Shown in pieces: positions 13,831 to 27,186 of a stretch of DNA of 64,000 bases. Below the pieces are notes generated by a model. It searched no databases, was not told where the DNA came from, and worked only from the letters and a program-made list of their open reading frames with translations. How positions within the stretch are numbered: the stretch's first letter is position 1; every line of letters starts with the position of its first letter. Made by a program: the position numbers and the translations under genes. The DNA comes from Octopus bimaculoides (Eukaryota): contig NC_068984.1 of the NCBI RefSeq assembly GCF_001194135.2, forward strand, positions 118,488,680 to 118,552,679, read 5' to 3'.

Positions 13831-14737
13831 TTTAGAATTAATTTCATGTATATAGCGGTAAAACTATTCAGACATTAAAACACAAATGACAACTCGCTCT
13901 ATTCTCATTGGAATATGCATCCATTGATTTCAGTATCTGAAGACATCTTATTTTAGTGTATTATAAGATATATTTATTTGTCTTTCATCAACAAGTCCAC
14001 TTTGCTGCATATAACAACACTATCTATACAAGTCTTTTTAGTTATTCACCTATAGTAATTGCTTAACTCTTCACTTAAAATAAACAATTTAAAAGTTTGT
14101 AAATGCTTTTGTAGATTGAAGATTTTGTACATTTTAGACACTCCCCTAAATTGTTTTACACTTGATTTACCTAAATGTTTAATACCATACAGTAAAACAA
14201 GGATGTTATCTCTGTTATTAAACCAAGCAAGAAAAGGTAAATTGACAACACATGTTTCAGCAGAAGTTTAATCTATTTCTTCAAATCTTTATTCTACAGT
14301 TGCATAGTAATTTAGACATTAAATTTGCTTTTAAATACTTCATTTTTTTATTCCTTTGCTTAACATTCTTCAGTTGAAATTACTTCCACAGATACTGACA
14401 GCTATACTTTTGGATTTAGTTGCCTGACAAGAGAAAGAAAAAGAAGTGTACATGGAAAACACAGACAAAAACATAGAATACAAACAAAAACAAAAAGAAA
14501 ACTAAAAAAAACCTTTCCATCTTTAAATTGAAACTACATTTTTATAATATGAACAAGTTTTAAAATTTATTATTTTTAAAAAAAATTAACGACTTTTCAA
14601 TCCTCTACCTGATTGGAATGCAATTTGGTTTCTAGATATCAGTCAACAAAAGTTGCATAATATGCACCTGCAGCACATGTGTAATTAAAAGAAGGCATCA
14701 AGAAATTTAGAATTATAAGCAGTATTGGTTATCTTAT

Positions 14738-15110
14738 TTGTTACTTGTTTCAGTCATTGGATTGCAACCATTGGGCACTGTCTTGAAGTGTTTAGATGAA
14801 CAAATTGAATCCTCTATTTATTTTAAGTCTGGTATGTATTCTGTTGGTCTCTTTTGCTGAACCGTTAAGTTATGGGAATGTAAATAAGCTAACAGTGATT
14901 GTCAAGCATTGGTGGGGGACAAACACACATGCACACACCACACATGATGGGCTTCCACATAGTTTCCACTTACCAAATTTACTCACAACACATTGGTTGG
15001 TCTGGGGCTGTAGTAGAAGGCACTTGCTCAAGATGCCTACTATGCAATGGGAGTGAACCCAGAACCATGTGGTTGCAAAGTGGACATTTTAACCACACAA
15101 CCATTCCTGC
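14738..15110 (-). mobile_element. SINE-A diverged copy
   Basis: Tail-to-head match to SINE-A. Confidence 0.8.
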
Positions 15111-16020
15111 TGAATTAATGCTAGAAAGTTATTCTTGATAGGTTTTCTAACTTTAATTTTCAAATATTCTTCTCGAATTTTATCTCTCCCACCCATGTTT
15201 ATCCACTAGTAGGCCCTCTTACCCTTATTTGGTATTCCACCTACTTCTGGCACCACCACCACTTGACAACTAGTGTTGGTATGTTTACGTCCCCATAAGT
15301 TAACGGTTCAGTAAAAGAGACCAATAGAATAAGTATCAGGCTTATAAAAAATAAATACTGGGGTCGATTCGTTTGACTAAAATTCTTCAAGGTGGTGCCC
15401 CAGCATGACCACAGTCTAATGACTGAAACAAGTACAAGATAAAAGATACTACTTATTTCAAAGAAAAAAAAAAAAAAAGAACTGATATTCTCTTTGTCTT
15501 TTGTTTCTTTGGATTGTCTGACATAAATTTCCAAGTTACATGTTTAGTATTTAATCATTTCCAGTTAGCTCTTTTGGAAGATTCAAATTCTCAACGTACC
15601 TAGAACTTGTGTTGAAAATATTTCTTGTTTGACTCATCGAGTCATTAAGAATGTAAAAATTTTTTTATAGTGTTCCTAATTAATGTCACTATAGATTAAC
15701 TTTTTTTTTCTTCTTTTTTTGTTATTTTATGACTAATTTAACATATCAATTTCTGAAATAATCTTTCAACAGCATTTACAATTTAAAGTTGTCAACCCAA
15801 TGCAAAGAAATGTTGATAAATCACATGTTGATAAAATGCTCCTATAGAACAAACAACTCCTATTAGGTTTTAAATAAAATGCAACAGTGTGGCTTTTTAT
15901 ACAAATCATCATTGCTCTTAGAAATAGTGTACAGTAGTTAACTAGGCATTAAGATTATCATCTTAATTTTAAAATTTTATGTATCAAAAAAGAAAAAAAT
16001 TTTTAATTGTTGATTTATCA

Positions 16021-16290
16021 AATTACAATATTTCTAAGCATTGGTCAACAGAAATTGTATTGTAGCTCACATCTGAAAGTGTTTAATTAAAAGCAAAACT
16101 TTTTTGAAAGGCATGCTTCTCACATCATGAGTCATCATTATCCTCATTATCATGAAGAGATATCAAAATTACAGTATTTTTAAGCATCGGTCAACGGAAA
16201 TTGTATTGTAGCTCACATTTGACAGTATTTAATTAAAAATAAAACCTATTTGGAAGGCATTGCTTTTCACATTATAATTCTTTATCATCA
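16021..16290 (+). repeat. Diverged 2-copy tandem duplication, ~146-bp period
   Basis: AATTACARTATTTYTAAGCATYGGTCAACRGAAATTGTATTGTAGCTCACAT at 16021 and 16167. Confidence 0.85.
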
Positions 16291-16821
16291 TCATGATTAT
16301 CATTCAATATCTGTCTTCCATGCTTGCATAGGTTGGACGGTTCAACAGCATCTAATGAGTTGGAGGACTGCCTCAAACTCTATTGTCTTCTTTGCCATGG
16401 ATTCCCCAATTGGATGCCCTTCTTAATGCCAACCACTTTACAGACTGTACTAGGTGCTTTTTTCATGGCAATAGCACTAATGGAATTATCATGTAGCTCA
16501 CAAGATTAATGATCCCCTTTGGCTGAGTGGGAGTTTAGCAAAGTAGCCTTATGCTATGTGTTGAGAGGTCAAAGTATGATTGAGGAACAAGGACTTTTTT
16601 TTTTCTGTAGAGGAGATACATGGCTACCTCACATCATATTGGAGTGGAGCTAGAAAGGGACATATATAGTTAATTAGTGAAAAGCAAAAGAAAAAAAAAA
16701 TTATTCAGTGTAGGAAACAGAACAATACATACAAAAATATTGTTTCTCATTTTATTTGGGAGGCTTGTTCAGATATCTTTCACAGGCATTGTAATCTCTC
16801 CTTTAATAAATTTTAAACAAA

Positions 16822-17180
16822 TGGTTCCGGCTTCAGTCCCAATGCGTGGCACCTTGGGCAAGTGTCTTCTACTATAGCCTCGGGCTAACCAAAGCCTTGT
16901 GAGTGGATTTGGTAGATGGAAACTGAAAGAAGCCCGTCATGTATATATATATGTATGTGTGTGTATATGTTTGTGTGTCTGTGTTTGTCCCCCTAACATT
17001 GCTTGACAACCGATGCTGGTGTGTTTACGTCCCCGTAACTTAGCAGTTCGGCAAAAGAGACTGATAGAATAAGTAGTGGGCTTACAAAGAATAAGTCCTG
17101 GGATCGATTTGCTTGTCTAAAGGCAGTGCTCCAGCATGGCCACAGTCAAATGACTGAAACAAGTAAAAGAGTAAAAGAGT
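16822..17180 (+). mobile_element. SINE-A, slightly 5'-truncated
   Basis: GGTTCCGGCTTCAGTCCC...GAAACAAGTAAAAGAGTAAAAGAG. Confidence 0.88.
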
Positions 17181-18106
17181 AAATTAGAAAGTATGGCCAG
17201 TGACTTATCCCTTTTGTTATATTTCTGTAGAAATAGACTGCTTTTGTTTCAATTAATTTTGAAAAGAATGTAGAATTTGGTAAAATAACTTGGCCATTAT
17301 TAAACTGATATTTGGAATATAAATTAACATAAAGTTTTAATGGAAGGTTTTATTTAATCAAATTAAATCACTTTAAAACAAAGAAATTTGTATCATACAA
17401 CGAAAGGCAGCCTTGGGCAGATTAGTTTCAAATCTGTAAAGGTTTTTTTATTCTTAAACGCTTTCATTACCAAATTCCATGCCTTTGTTTCAATTAATTA
17501 TTAAAATAATAAAGAATTTTATTAAAATGACTTTGTCCTTATTAAGCTGTGTTTGGAGCATAAATTAACATGAAATTTTGATGGAAGATTTTCATTTAGA
17601 TCACTTAAAACAGCAAATTATAATTATAGAGCCAAGGGCAGTCTTGGACAGGTTGGTGTCAAGAGGGTTAACCATTTTTAGTTAGTTGGAAACATTGTGT
17701 TATTAACCATGTGGAGTACAGCTATAATCTGTAAGTTCAAGGTGTTACACAGAACAATATAAAAGAACATCCTAAATACTTTCTGTGAATCATTACTTGG
17801 ATAGTATGTTATCAACAATGAACTGAACCGTATGCTGACTAATAGTTTGATACTAAACTATGTTCAGAAGATTTAATTTTTTTTTTTTTTAAGGCCAAAA
17901 AATACCCCACGTCTGAGTAATTGCTGTTTCCCTCTAAGGCCCAAATATTTCCTTCTGTTGAATATTATTCTCATGTCTGGGATGATTTGTCTACTCCCAT
18001 TACTTCCATTACTCACATTCTACAGAATTGGGTTCTCAATTTTTTTATTTTGTTCATGTCTCCCCTTCTGAATATAACTTATCTCTGAGTCCACCTGCAC
18101 CCCCAC

Positions 18107-18218
18107 CCCACTGCGTGGCACCTTGGGCAAGTGTCTTCTACTGTAGCCTCGGGCCGACCAAAGCCTTGTTAGTGGATTTGGTAGACGGAAACTGAAAGAA
18201 GCCCGTCGTATATATGTG

Positions 18219-18293
<75 letters not shown>

Positions 18294-18504
18294 TTGTGTG
18301 TCTGTGTTTGTATCTCCAACTTCGCTTGACAACTGATGCTGGTGTGTTTACGTCCCCCGTAACTTAGCGGTTCGGCAAAAAGAGACCGATAGAATAAGTA
18401 TTAGGCTTACAAAGAATAAGTCCTGGGGTCGATTTTCTCGACTAAAGGTGGTGCCCCAGCATGGCCACAGTCAAATGACTGAAACAAGTAAAAGAGTAAA
18501 AGAG
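18107..18504 (+). mobile_element. SINE-A, 5'-truncated young copy with long internal (TG)n
   Basis: CCCACTGCGTGGCACCTTGGGCAAG...GTAAAAGAGTAAAAGAG. Confidence 0.9.
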
Positions 18505-18944
18505 AATGTCCTGATATGCATTTTTCTTTTGCTCTTTGTATGTTGCTGAATATCTCCATAAAAAATTGCTCTTTCCGAGTGATTGTCTTGTGTTTTGGGT
18601 TTTAGTAGATAGATAGTACATAAGTTATTGTATTGTTCAGTATTTATTCTGTTGATATTTGCACAAGGAATGAAATACAGGGATTCTTACAAGGTGGTCA
18701 TATGTGAAGCAATTAAATTTGTGTCCCCCTTCCCCAAACGTCCCATTTTGCTCACATGAGCTCTAAATATGTGTATGAACCCCTTAGGAACGTATGGCCT
18801 CCGGTTCAGAATCAGTGTTTTATAGAACTTTAAAGAAAAAGAAAACCTGTTTCATTGACAAATGTTTATTTATTGAGATTTTCGAAATTCTGTCCCTGTT
18901 TTTATTATATCTTCTCAGTATCTACTGATAATACATGCAATGTA

Positions 18945-19102
18945 ACTGTGTGTTAAATAGTTTGCTTCCCCCCCCCCCACATGATTCCGGGCTCAATCCC
19001 AACTGTGTGACACCTTGGGCAAGTGTCTTCTACTATAGCCTTGGGCTGAAGAAAGCCTTGTGAGTGGATTTGGTAGATGGAAACTGAGATAAGCCTGTCA
19101 TA

Positions 19103-19183
<81 letters not shown>

Positions 19184-19400
19184 GTGTGTATGTCTTTGTG
19201 TCTGTTTGTCCCTTCCATCACTTGACAGCCGGTGCTGGTGTGTTTACATCTCATAACTTAGTGGTTTGGCAAAATATACTGATAGAATAAATACCAGGTT
19301 TTAAAAATATAAGTCTTGGGGTCGATATGTTCGACGAAAAATTTTTCAAGGTCGTGCCCCAGCATGGCCGCAGTCTAATGTCTGAAACAAATAAAAGATA
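18945..19400 (+). mobile_element. SINE-A copy with long internal (AT)n
   Basis: Head, body and tail match. Boundaries approximate. Confidence 0.82.
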
Positions 19401-21169
19401 AGCTTCTATCTTTCAAGTTTTCACAAACTTTATATTTTTTATATTCCCCAGAATTCTAAATGAAACATTTGTATGCAACTTCTTTTTGTCTGAGAAAGGA
19501 TTAACAAGATAACAAATTCACCAAATCTATATTACATTCTCTCTGTCCATTTCTTTCTTGCCAAAAGACTTTTGTCACCAGCTGTGGAGAATATCCCACC
19601 CTCTTTGTGTATTGTGTACAATGATTACAAATACATTATGCATATGACTGGTAAAAAATGAAGGCATAGTTGTTTGTAAGAAGGAATGAATTTCAGGTAC
19701 ATTTCAGCTGAATAATATTTCCATATTTACAGCAGTGAATTATACATATTTACAACAACAACAACAAAATTGTTAATTCTTGTGTTTGATTCACAATGGT
19801 AGCTACAGATAGATAATTCAGACAGGGTTGATATGGGTTAAATTAATTTTAGTCTTTGTTATATATAAATATTAATTAATATCAATGACAATGGTAGTTG
19901 GATTGTTATTAAGTACTGCTAGATGTGTCTTTTTTTTTTTTCCTATATATCTGTTCTTTTATAAAACTGTTATTAAATTTAGAACAATGTGCTGAAGGAA
20001 GTAAACTATATGGGACTGAACTAATAGAACTCATAATGAAGGTATTAGATAGAGTAATTATAAAGGTAGGTTAGTATTTATTTTTGTATTGCAGTATGGA
20101 ACTGTCAAAGAAGTAATGTTTGGTTTAGTATAAGTAGTATATTATATTACTTAACAGAGTGGAAATAATTGCAGGTTTTTGTTTGCCTTGGTATAATAAG
20201 TGCTTAGCTGTGGTTAAAAAGTGTTAAGGCATATATTAACTAACCTTTTTTTATGCTAACATATCTGAGACCATTTTTGGTTCTATGATATAAACTTCCT
20301 GATTTAAAATGATCTAAATTAAAGCCTTCCCTCAAAATTCCTCGTCAGTTTATGTTCTAAACACCAGCTTATTTATAGCAGTTTATTTTATTAAATTCTT
20401 CTTTATTTTCAAAAGAAACTGCAACAAAAGCAGTATATTTCAGTAGAGATTTTATAACAAAAGAGTTTAAATTAATAAAAATTGGAGTTAAATTGATGAA
20501 TTATTAAGCAATAAATTTGAGCTATTATTAAGCATTGATTAAGATTCTATCCTGTGTGCGTTAGTTATGAAATTCAACAAACTCATTCATGCTCAGATGT
20601 TCAGAATAATTCTGTTCAGCTAACATTATTGTTATTAATGAATATATGAGAAGACTTTAGAAACCATTTTGTTGTACAGAAAGAAAACTGGAGACTAAAT
20701 TAATCGAGTGAATATGACAAAGGCAAGGGTTTTAGTGAGTGACTTCAACAGATCAGAAGCGTCAAGGAGCAGGTTTCTTTAGATATAGGAAATGTATATA
20801 TATATATAAGCTCTCTGCTGTATAAACAATGCAATCAATGTGTTCCTGTAAAGTGTAGTAATATTTTTAGCAGATTGCCAAAATAGTTGCACTCTAAATG
20901 TTCACAATACACTATGCAGTAGGCAGTGAATTCAACCCATTTGTAAAGGCCATGAATTGCAATAATGTAGCTCTTTCAAGAGAATATTTCTTTGTTGTGC
21001 TCTTTATCTTAATCAATGCTACTGCTGAATGTAATGGTTAAGATCTATAGTGAGGATAAGATGTTTTTCAGTAACTTTTCATAAAGCGACATTTTATGTG
21101 GAAAAGGTTAAATATATGACACTTGGACCAATAGTATTACAAAATAGCAAAATGGTTGGTGAGCTGGTG

Positions 21170-21430
21170 TGGCTGTGTGGTAAGAAGCTTGCTTCCCAAT
21201 CACATGGTTCTATGTTCAGTCCTGCTATGTGGCACCTTGGGAAAATGTCTTCTGCTATAACTCCAGGCTGAACAAAGCATTGTGAGTGTATTTGGTAGAT
21301 GGAAACTGAAAAAAGTCCGTCATATATATACATATATATCTATGTGTGTGTGTGCCTTTGTGTCTGTGTTTGTTTCCCACCACCACTTGACAACCAGTGC
21401 TGTGTGTTTACATCCCCATAACTTAGCAGT
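21170..21430 (+). mobile_element. SINE-A 3'-truncated copy, followed by an inverted SINE-A head (~21440-21505)
   Basis: GTGGCTGTGTGGTAAGAAGCTTGCTTCCC...CCCCATAACTTAGC. Confidence 0.8.
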
Positions 21431-21684
21431 ACAGCTACATACTGGAATTGAAATCAGGACCTCATGGTTGTGAAGCAAACTTTTTAACCATTCAACCATG
21501 CCTAAGTCCATTTTGATAGTCTAGAATATAGGTAGGGGTACCTTTGTAGAATCGAGGATGAGGGTGAATTGCAAAAATATAGGAACCTAAGTGGAGTTGG
21601 GGGCATATGTGTTCTAAGAAAAATAATGAACCTTAAATTCTACAAATTCATACATTTGTAAATTTTATATTAAATTGTCATTGC

Positions 21685-22080
21685 TACATGGTTTTGGGTT
21701 CAGTCCAACCATGTGGCACTTTGAACATGTCTTTCACTAAAGACCCAGGCTGACCAAAACCTTATGAGTGGATTTGATAGGCAGAAACTGAAAGAAGCCT
21801 TTAATATATATATATATATATATGATTGCATGTCTTTGTTTTGACATCATATCATCATATGATAGTTATAAGTGAGTGTTACCATCTTACTGGCAGTATC
21901 ATTTCTTTTTCTATCTTCCATGGAAACATGTTTAGTCAAGGGAGAAATATTATCTTGCTTGGAAACAGGTGAGAGTTGGCAAAAGGAAGGGCATCTAGCC
22001 TTAGAAAAATCTGCCATAGCAAATTCTGTCTGATTTTTGCAAGCATGGAAAAGGAAGACATTAAAATGATGATGGTGGTG
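21685..22080 (+). mobile_element. SINE-A (GAT)-tail variant
   Basis: Body plus GGAAGGGCATCTAGCC...ATTAAAATGATGATGGTGG tail. Confidence 0.72.
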
Positions 22081-22255
22081 GTGGCGGTGGCGGCGGTAAC
22101 TGTTATGGTTGGCTTAAACCATTTTTTCTGGTGTTTTGAGGGATTTTAGTGGGTTGTTTCAAATGTGAGTCTGGATAAAATTTTTCCAGCAGATGAGAAA
22201 GTTTCCTCACTCCTTGTCTAAGTATATGAACTTAAAGGAAAATAGTTTTGTTTAA

Positions 22256-22469
22256 CCCATTAGCATCCAGATTACTCTGTCAAATATAACGCTTATTTAT
22301 TCACATTGTTTTGAATTAATCATGCTTTATCTAGAAGGCTTTGTGATTTCAATGATGTGATCGTTTATTTTTAAAGTGACAATGTACGGTAGGTGTGAGA
22401 GATTGGATCTGGTCATGTAAAACAGTTAGACTGTTTTGGCTGAATATGACCAATTTAAATGCTAAAGGG
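22256..22469. mobile_element. piggyBac-type MITE with TTAA target site; partial relatives at ~24640-24866, 28662-28740, 17330-17670, 9800-10010 and 60272-60476
   Basis: TTAA|CCCATTAGCAT...ATGCTAAAGGG|TTAA, 214 bp. Confidence 0.85.
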
Positions 22470-22644
22470 TTAATTTGATCTGATATAAAAGTGTACTTGT
22501 GCCTGTGTCACACTTTCAAATGAAACATTGTATTTAATGAAGTAAATTATTTTGTAACAATAGAACTTGAAGTAGAGGAAACTATAAATAACAGCTTGTA
22601 GAATATTGGGTTAAAATACTCCTTGGATGAAAAAAATGTCAAGG

Positions 22645-22710
22645 GTTGCTCATGGGACTTGAACCCACATCTGTAAACATGAGATGTCCTAACTATTATA
22701 CCAAAGCAAC
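22645..22710 (-). pseudogene. tRNA pseudogene with intact acceptor stem and T arm but shortened anticodon region
   Basis: Minus strand reads GTTGCTT-TGGTATAATAGTTAGGAC-ATCTCATGTTTACAGAT-GTGGG(TTCAAGT)CCCAT-GAGCAAC. It is 66 nt, about 6 short of canonical. Confidence 0.6.
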
Positions 22711-23989
22711 ACTTTGAATTTCCTCCATCCTTTTTAGGAGCTTTGTTCTTACCAGCAAGAATTGTAAGATGTTTATAGTATAAGAATTTAGAAACCTGGG
22801 AAAACCTGAAATAAATTATGCCTTAACAGTGGAATACAAAGTGGATAAAGCTATAAATATTAATGTGTAGAAAGTTGGGTTAAAATAATTTACTTTTCAT
22901 AATGTAAACATATTTAATATTTTACTTTAGTTGCTACTGTACTTCCAGAAGGCAGCAGTTTTGGGAAAAGCATTTAGTGCAAGATCAAGGGAGGTGGGGA
23001 GGGGGTGGGGCATTGAGTTAAGACTTGGTAGGAGTAAGAAGAGGAAGTATGTCAGATAGGTTTGCATGGAGACGGTATACAGATATCTAGTTTACAGGAA
23101 CCATTGCTGTCTTGGTAAAATAGTCAGAGAGAGGAAACAGTATCTATGAGTTAGTAGTTGTAGCATGTTGATGAATTTTCTTTTTTTTTTTTCCAATCAA
23201 TTAATTTACCAAGTATTGATATTTCACCCTACCCCATTCTTACTTGCATAGCATCATTTTTCCTAATGCCATCATCATGCGGTGTCACTTTTACAGTCGA
23301 AAAAGATATTAAATCTCTCCTGCAAGTTTTAAATATCTTAAATATGTTGTCTTCTTACTCGTTTTTTTCTGTAACCTGAATCAACCTTTTCATTTGTACT
23401 GAATCTCTTATAGTCCTCCCCCTCCTAGTGCTGACTTGGCTTCTCTAAATTGCAATTTTTGGAAAGGTGTCAGCTGAAGATAGTTTTCTTTACAAAATGT
23501 TAGTTTTGGTTTTTAATTTTGTACGGAGACACTCCTCTGCACAAAGATTGATCTAACTCAATAGAGTTTGTAGTGCAGAGAAAATCTTTTTGTTCACAAC
23601 TAAGACATCCTTGTCTCGCCTAAACATAAGCAACAATAAAAGAGTTAATTAGTTTTAGTTCTTTGTAGTGTTTATTATCTTCAATGTGTCATTGACATTA
23701 CTCGTTGAGGTTTATCTTAAGATAACTAATTTGGTATGGATTATCTTTACTAACTTGTAGGTAACCAGTTGTTCAACTCCTGTTTTGAATGTCATGATAT
23801 GTATTATTCAACTATTGTGCTTTATATTTATTGTGCTATTTTTATTTAAACACAAAAATAGCTCTCTGGGTACCTATCAACTGATCATTTTAAGGTCAGG
23901 TATTATGAAAGTGCTATCATTTCATTTATTTTCAAACTAGCTACCTTTGTCTTTCAAAGAACAGGATTTGTTTCAGATCAGCTTGAGAT

Positions 23990-24422
23990 CTTTACTTCTC
24001 AACCATGTGGTTTTGGGTTTAATCTTACTGTGTGGCACTTTGACCAAGTGTCCTCTACCATAACTCTACTTTGGTCAAAGCCTTGTGAGTGGATTTGGAA
24101 GACGGAATCTAAAAGAAGCCCAACATATGTGTATGTATGAGTACACATGTATGTTTGTGTCTTCTAATGATATCGTGTTATAGTTGTAAAGAGTATCACT
24201 TTCATAGAATCAATGTCATTCATTTTAATATTCTGTGAAAATATGTTTGACCAAAGGAAATATCTTGCTTGGAAACAGATGGGAGCTGGTAGTGAGAAGG
24301 GCATCTGGCCATAGAAAATTTGTTTCAATAAACTCTGTCCGACCTATACATCATCATCATCTTCATTGTTGTTCAACGTTCGCCTTCCATGTTAGCATCC
24401 TCGAAAAGCAGACATTAAAATA
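23990..24422 (+). mobile_element. SINE-A (GAT)-tail variant
   Basis: Same architecture as the 8595 and 21685 copies. Boundaries approximate. Confidence 0.7.
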
Positions 24423-24869
24423 ATAATTGTGATATGTTTACTATTTGGTTTGCAATATTTTCTGTTATTTTGAATTTTAATATAAATTACTGACTTTTCT
24501 TTTTTGTCTTTTGCAAAGTAAATCTTGTATCTGTGCTCTTTTCTTTATACTATCTTTTTTTTTTGTTTTGTTTTTTTGTAGTTTCCTCACAGATCTCTCT
24601 AGAATAGCTTATGTTGCCAGAACTATCTCTAACCCACATTCCATAAACCCTTTTGCAAACCAGCCACATGCAGTTCAAATACTCTACCTGTTTTATGTTC
24701 AAACCAGCCAGGTCTGGCCTCTCACACCTTCTCTATAATGTCATTCCAGATATAATCAAGCAGATCATCAAAATCTCGAAACTCTGAGATAATACATGAA
24801 TAATTCAAAACAATGTGAATAAATAAGTATTACTACATTTGATAAAGTAATCCAAATGCTAAAGGGTTA

Positions 24870-25560
24870 AGGCTGGCGTATCCCAAGTTTCAGTTACGCA
24901 CCCTCACCTTTTTTTCTCTACATTAATAATGATCTACAAGCTATCATGTCTAACAAACAACACAGACTTATGCAGATGACATAACTATTTTCTGGGGGGT
25001 TTTTTTTTTTGGGTTTTTTTTTTACCTCTTGGATGCAGCCATCATTCACACACATCTTAAATATTCATTATTAAAATTTCTTTGAAAATATCCTTCAGCT
25101 GGAACATGACAACCTAGTCCCTTTCAACAGCACAAAGACATAATCCCTACCTATATTAAGGAAATGAAAAATTATTTCAATAATTGTCTTACACCCTCTC
25201 TATACATAAACCACAAATAAAATCCTCAAAGCTACCAAGACATTGCATGATTTCTCACATTGACGAAAATTGCATCCCGAAGATTAGATTAGAGACAATA
25301 AGTACTTCAGTCCTGATCAATTTCTTACTTTATACAAAGCATAAACATACTGGAAGTATGGTTAATATGTGTAGAACAGTGCTACTGCTACACACACACA
25401 ATATCTATTCAGCTGATTGGCAAACATTCACTCATTAGTATGCCTCTAACAGAAGCTCACAAATACTTGTACAACAATTACAAAGGCCTTTGTTCCTCTG
25501 AACTAGCTAGTTAAATTCCCTTTCCACCCAGACCCATCTGAAACATCTGTCTCTTCTCAC
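24870..25560 (+). mobile_element. CR1/Jockey-like LINE RT fragment (decayed)
   Basis: Remnants GVSQVSV..HLFFLYIN, YADDITIF, LVPFNSTKT and FSPDQFLTLYKA. Confidence 0.7.
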
Positions 25561-25582
25561 TCCTATTGTGTTTCACTCACTG

Positions 25583-25629
<47 letters not shown>

Positions 25630-26299
25630 ACTGAACTGTTTTTTTCAGTCCTTCCTGCCTAGAATTTCTGCATTGTAGAAATCCTTTCCTGCCCACATTT
25701 TTTCCTGTAGACACTAGTGTGTAGGTGTTAAAAAATGGAATAACAACCAACCACATAAATCTCACATGTCTGGGGAGGGTTTTCTTCTAACCCGAAAGTT
25801 AGGTTGAAGATAACTTGGAGAGAGATCGCAATAATCTTAAGGACGTTAGGCATAACAGAAGACAGACTAGCAAAGTAAAAGAATAAAGAAAGTATCTAGA
25901 ACAGAGAATATTCAATGTGAATAATGTTGATGACAGATGCAGATATTATTGATTATACTTCCTTCTATATCTTCACATCATTAAGATATATATATATAAA
26001 ATGTTTAGTTGAATGATCAGAATAGAATTCAATACATGAGTGTGTGTGTGTGTGTGTGTGTGTATAGATATATATATATATATATGTTGTGAGATTGATT
26101 GTAAGATTGATTGTGATAGAGCAGTTGGTTATCCTGTTGCATAAGCTGGCTTGTATACAAAGCAGGAAGCCAAACAATAATCAATAGTAAAGTTAAATAA
26201 TTTTTGTACCAAATACTCTTCATCCCATATCAAAATTATAAAGTAAACTTGATTAGATGACAAGTGCTATACAACTCCAGTATGAAAACAGCTTACATT

Positions 26300-26650
26300 G
26301 CTTAATAAGCAATAATTGAATAACCGAATGAAAAGGAAGGAAGAAGCAGTTATGCACTACATGTGTTTCAAAAATGTGTGGCATCTGTGATATAAGATAT
26401 TAAAATTGTTACATAATTTTACCATACACTTTATCTTCAGGTGCATCTTCCTTGTCTTGTAATGTCATCTGTCATCCCAAGTTGTTGGGGGACAACACAG
26501 AATGATGATGCACCTGAAAATATGCAAACGTTTTAATGTTTCATAATATGAATCCCATATATTTTTGAAACATATGCAGTGTATAACTGCGTCTTCCTCT
26601 CCTTTCATTCACTGACAGCTATGCAACATTGCAATAATCCTTATTATTAT
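26300..26650. repeat. Fold-back (palindromic MITE-like) element
   Basis: GAAGCAGTTATGCACTACATGTGTTTCAAAAATGTGTGG pairs with CCATATATTTTTGAAACATATGCAGTGTATAACTGCGTC, and TTCAGGTGCATC pairs with GATGCACCTGAA. Confidence 0.75.
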
Positions 26651-26697
26651 TATTGTTGATATATATACATATATGTATATATATATATATATGTATA

Positions 26698-27121
26698 TGC
26701 GTCTCTTTCATTGGACACGAAACTCAGCTTGCGAAGACTTATTGGAGCAAGCGAAAGCGAAATTGGGATGGCACCAGTGCCCAGCATCGCCTTTCTGGCA
26801 CTTGTGCCCATGACATGTGTAAGGATTTTCGAGCGAGATCGTTGCCAGTGCTGCTGGACTGGCTCTTGTGCAGGTGGCACATAAAATACACCATTTTGAG
26901 CGTGGCCGTTGCCAGTACCGCCTGACTGACCTTCGTGCGGGTGACACGTAAAAGCACCCACTACACTCTCTGAGTGGTTGGCGTTAGGAAGGGCATCCAA
27001 CTGTAGAAACTCTGCCAAATCAGACTGAAGCCTGGTGTTGCCATCTGGTTTCACCAGTCCTCAGTCAAATCGTCCAACCCATGTTAGCATGGAAAGTGGA
27101 CGTTAATCGATGATGATGATG
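26698..27121 (+). mobile_element. SINE-C: long, GC-rich, young copy of a (GAT)n-tailed non-autonomous retroelement inserted in an (AT)n tract
   Basis: Two internal ~55-bp direct repeats (CGTTGCCAGT...AAAAKMACC) and a 3' AGGAAGGGCATCCAACTGTAGAAAC...GGACGTTAATCGATGATGAT. Truncated 3' relatives lie at ~5420-5650(-), 7800-7990(+), 16300-16500(-), 30850-31060(-), 32665-32790(+), 41690-41920(-), 51570-51725(+), 53470-53557(+), 57405-57620(-) and 57995-58275(+). Confidence 0.85.
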
Positions 27122-27186
27122 TATATATAAAAAGAATGAGATAAAGAGACCAATGGCATAAGTAAAATTATATTTTATGTAGAATG

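Noticed and set aside
26855-26965. HDV-like ribozyme in the SINE-C internal repeats
   Set aside because: A 7-bp P1, P1.1, P4 and P2' could not be assigned together by eye. A covariance search is needed before any claim.
26650-27054. 134-aa and overlapping ORFs
   Set aside because: They lie wholly within GC-rich SINE-C and have no recognisable domain.
27040-27065. Minus-strand CTGAGGA-CTGGT-GAAA-CCAG in the SINE-C tail
   Set aside because: Only 5 nt between the boxes, and GAAA is absent in other copies; a simple hairpin.
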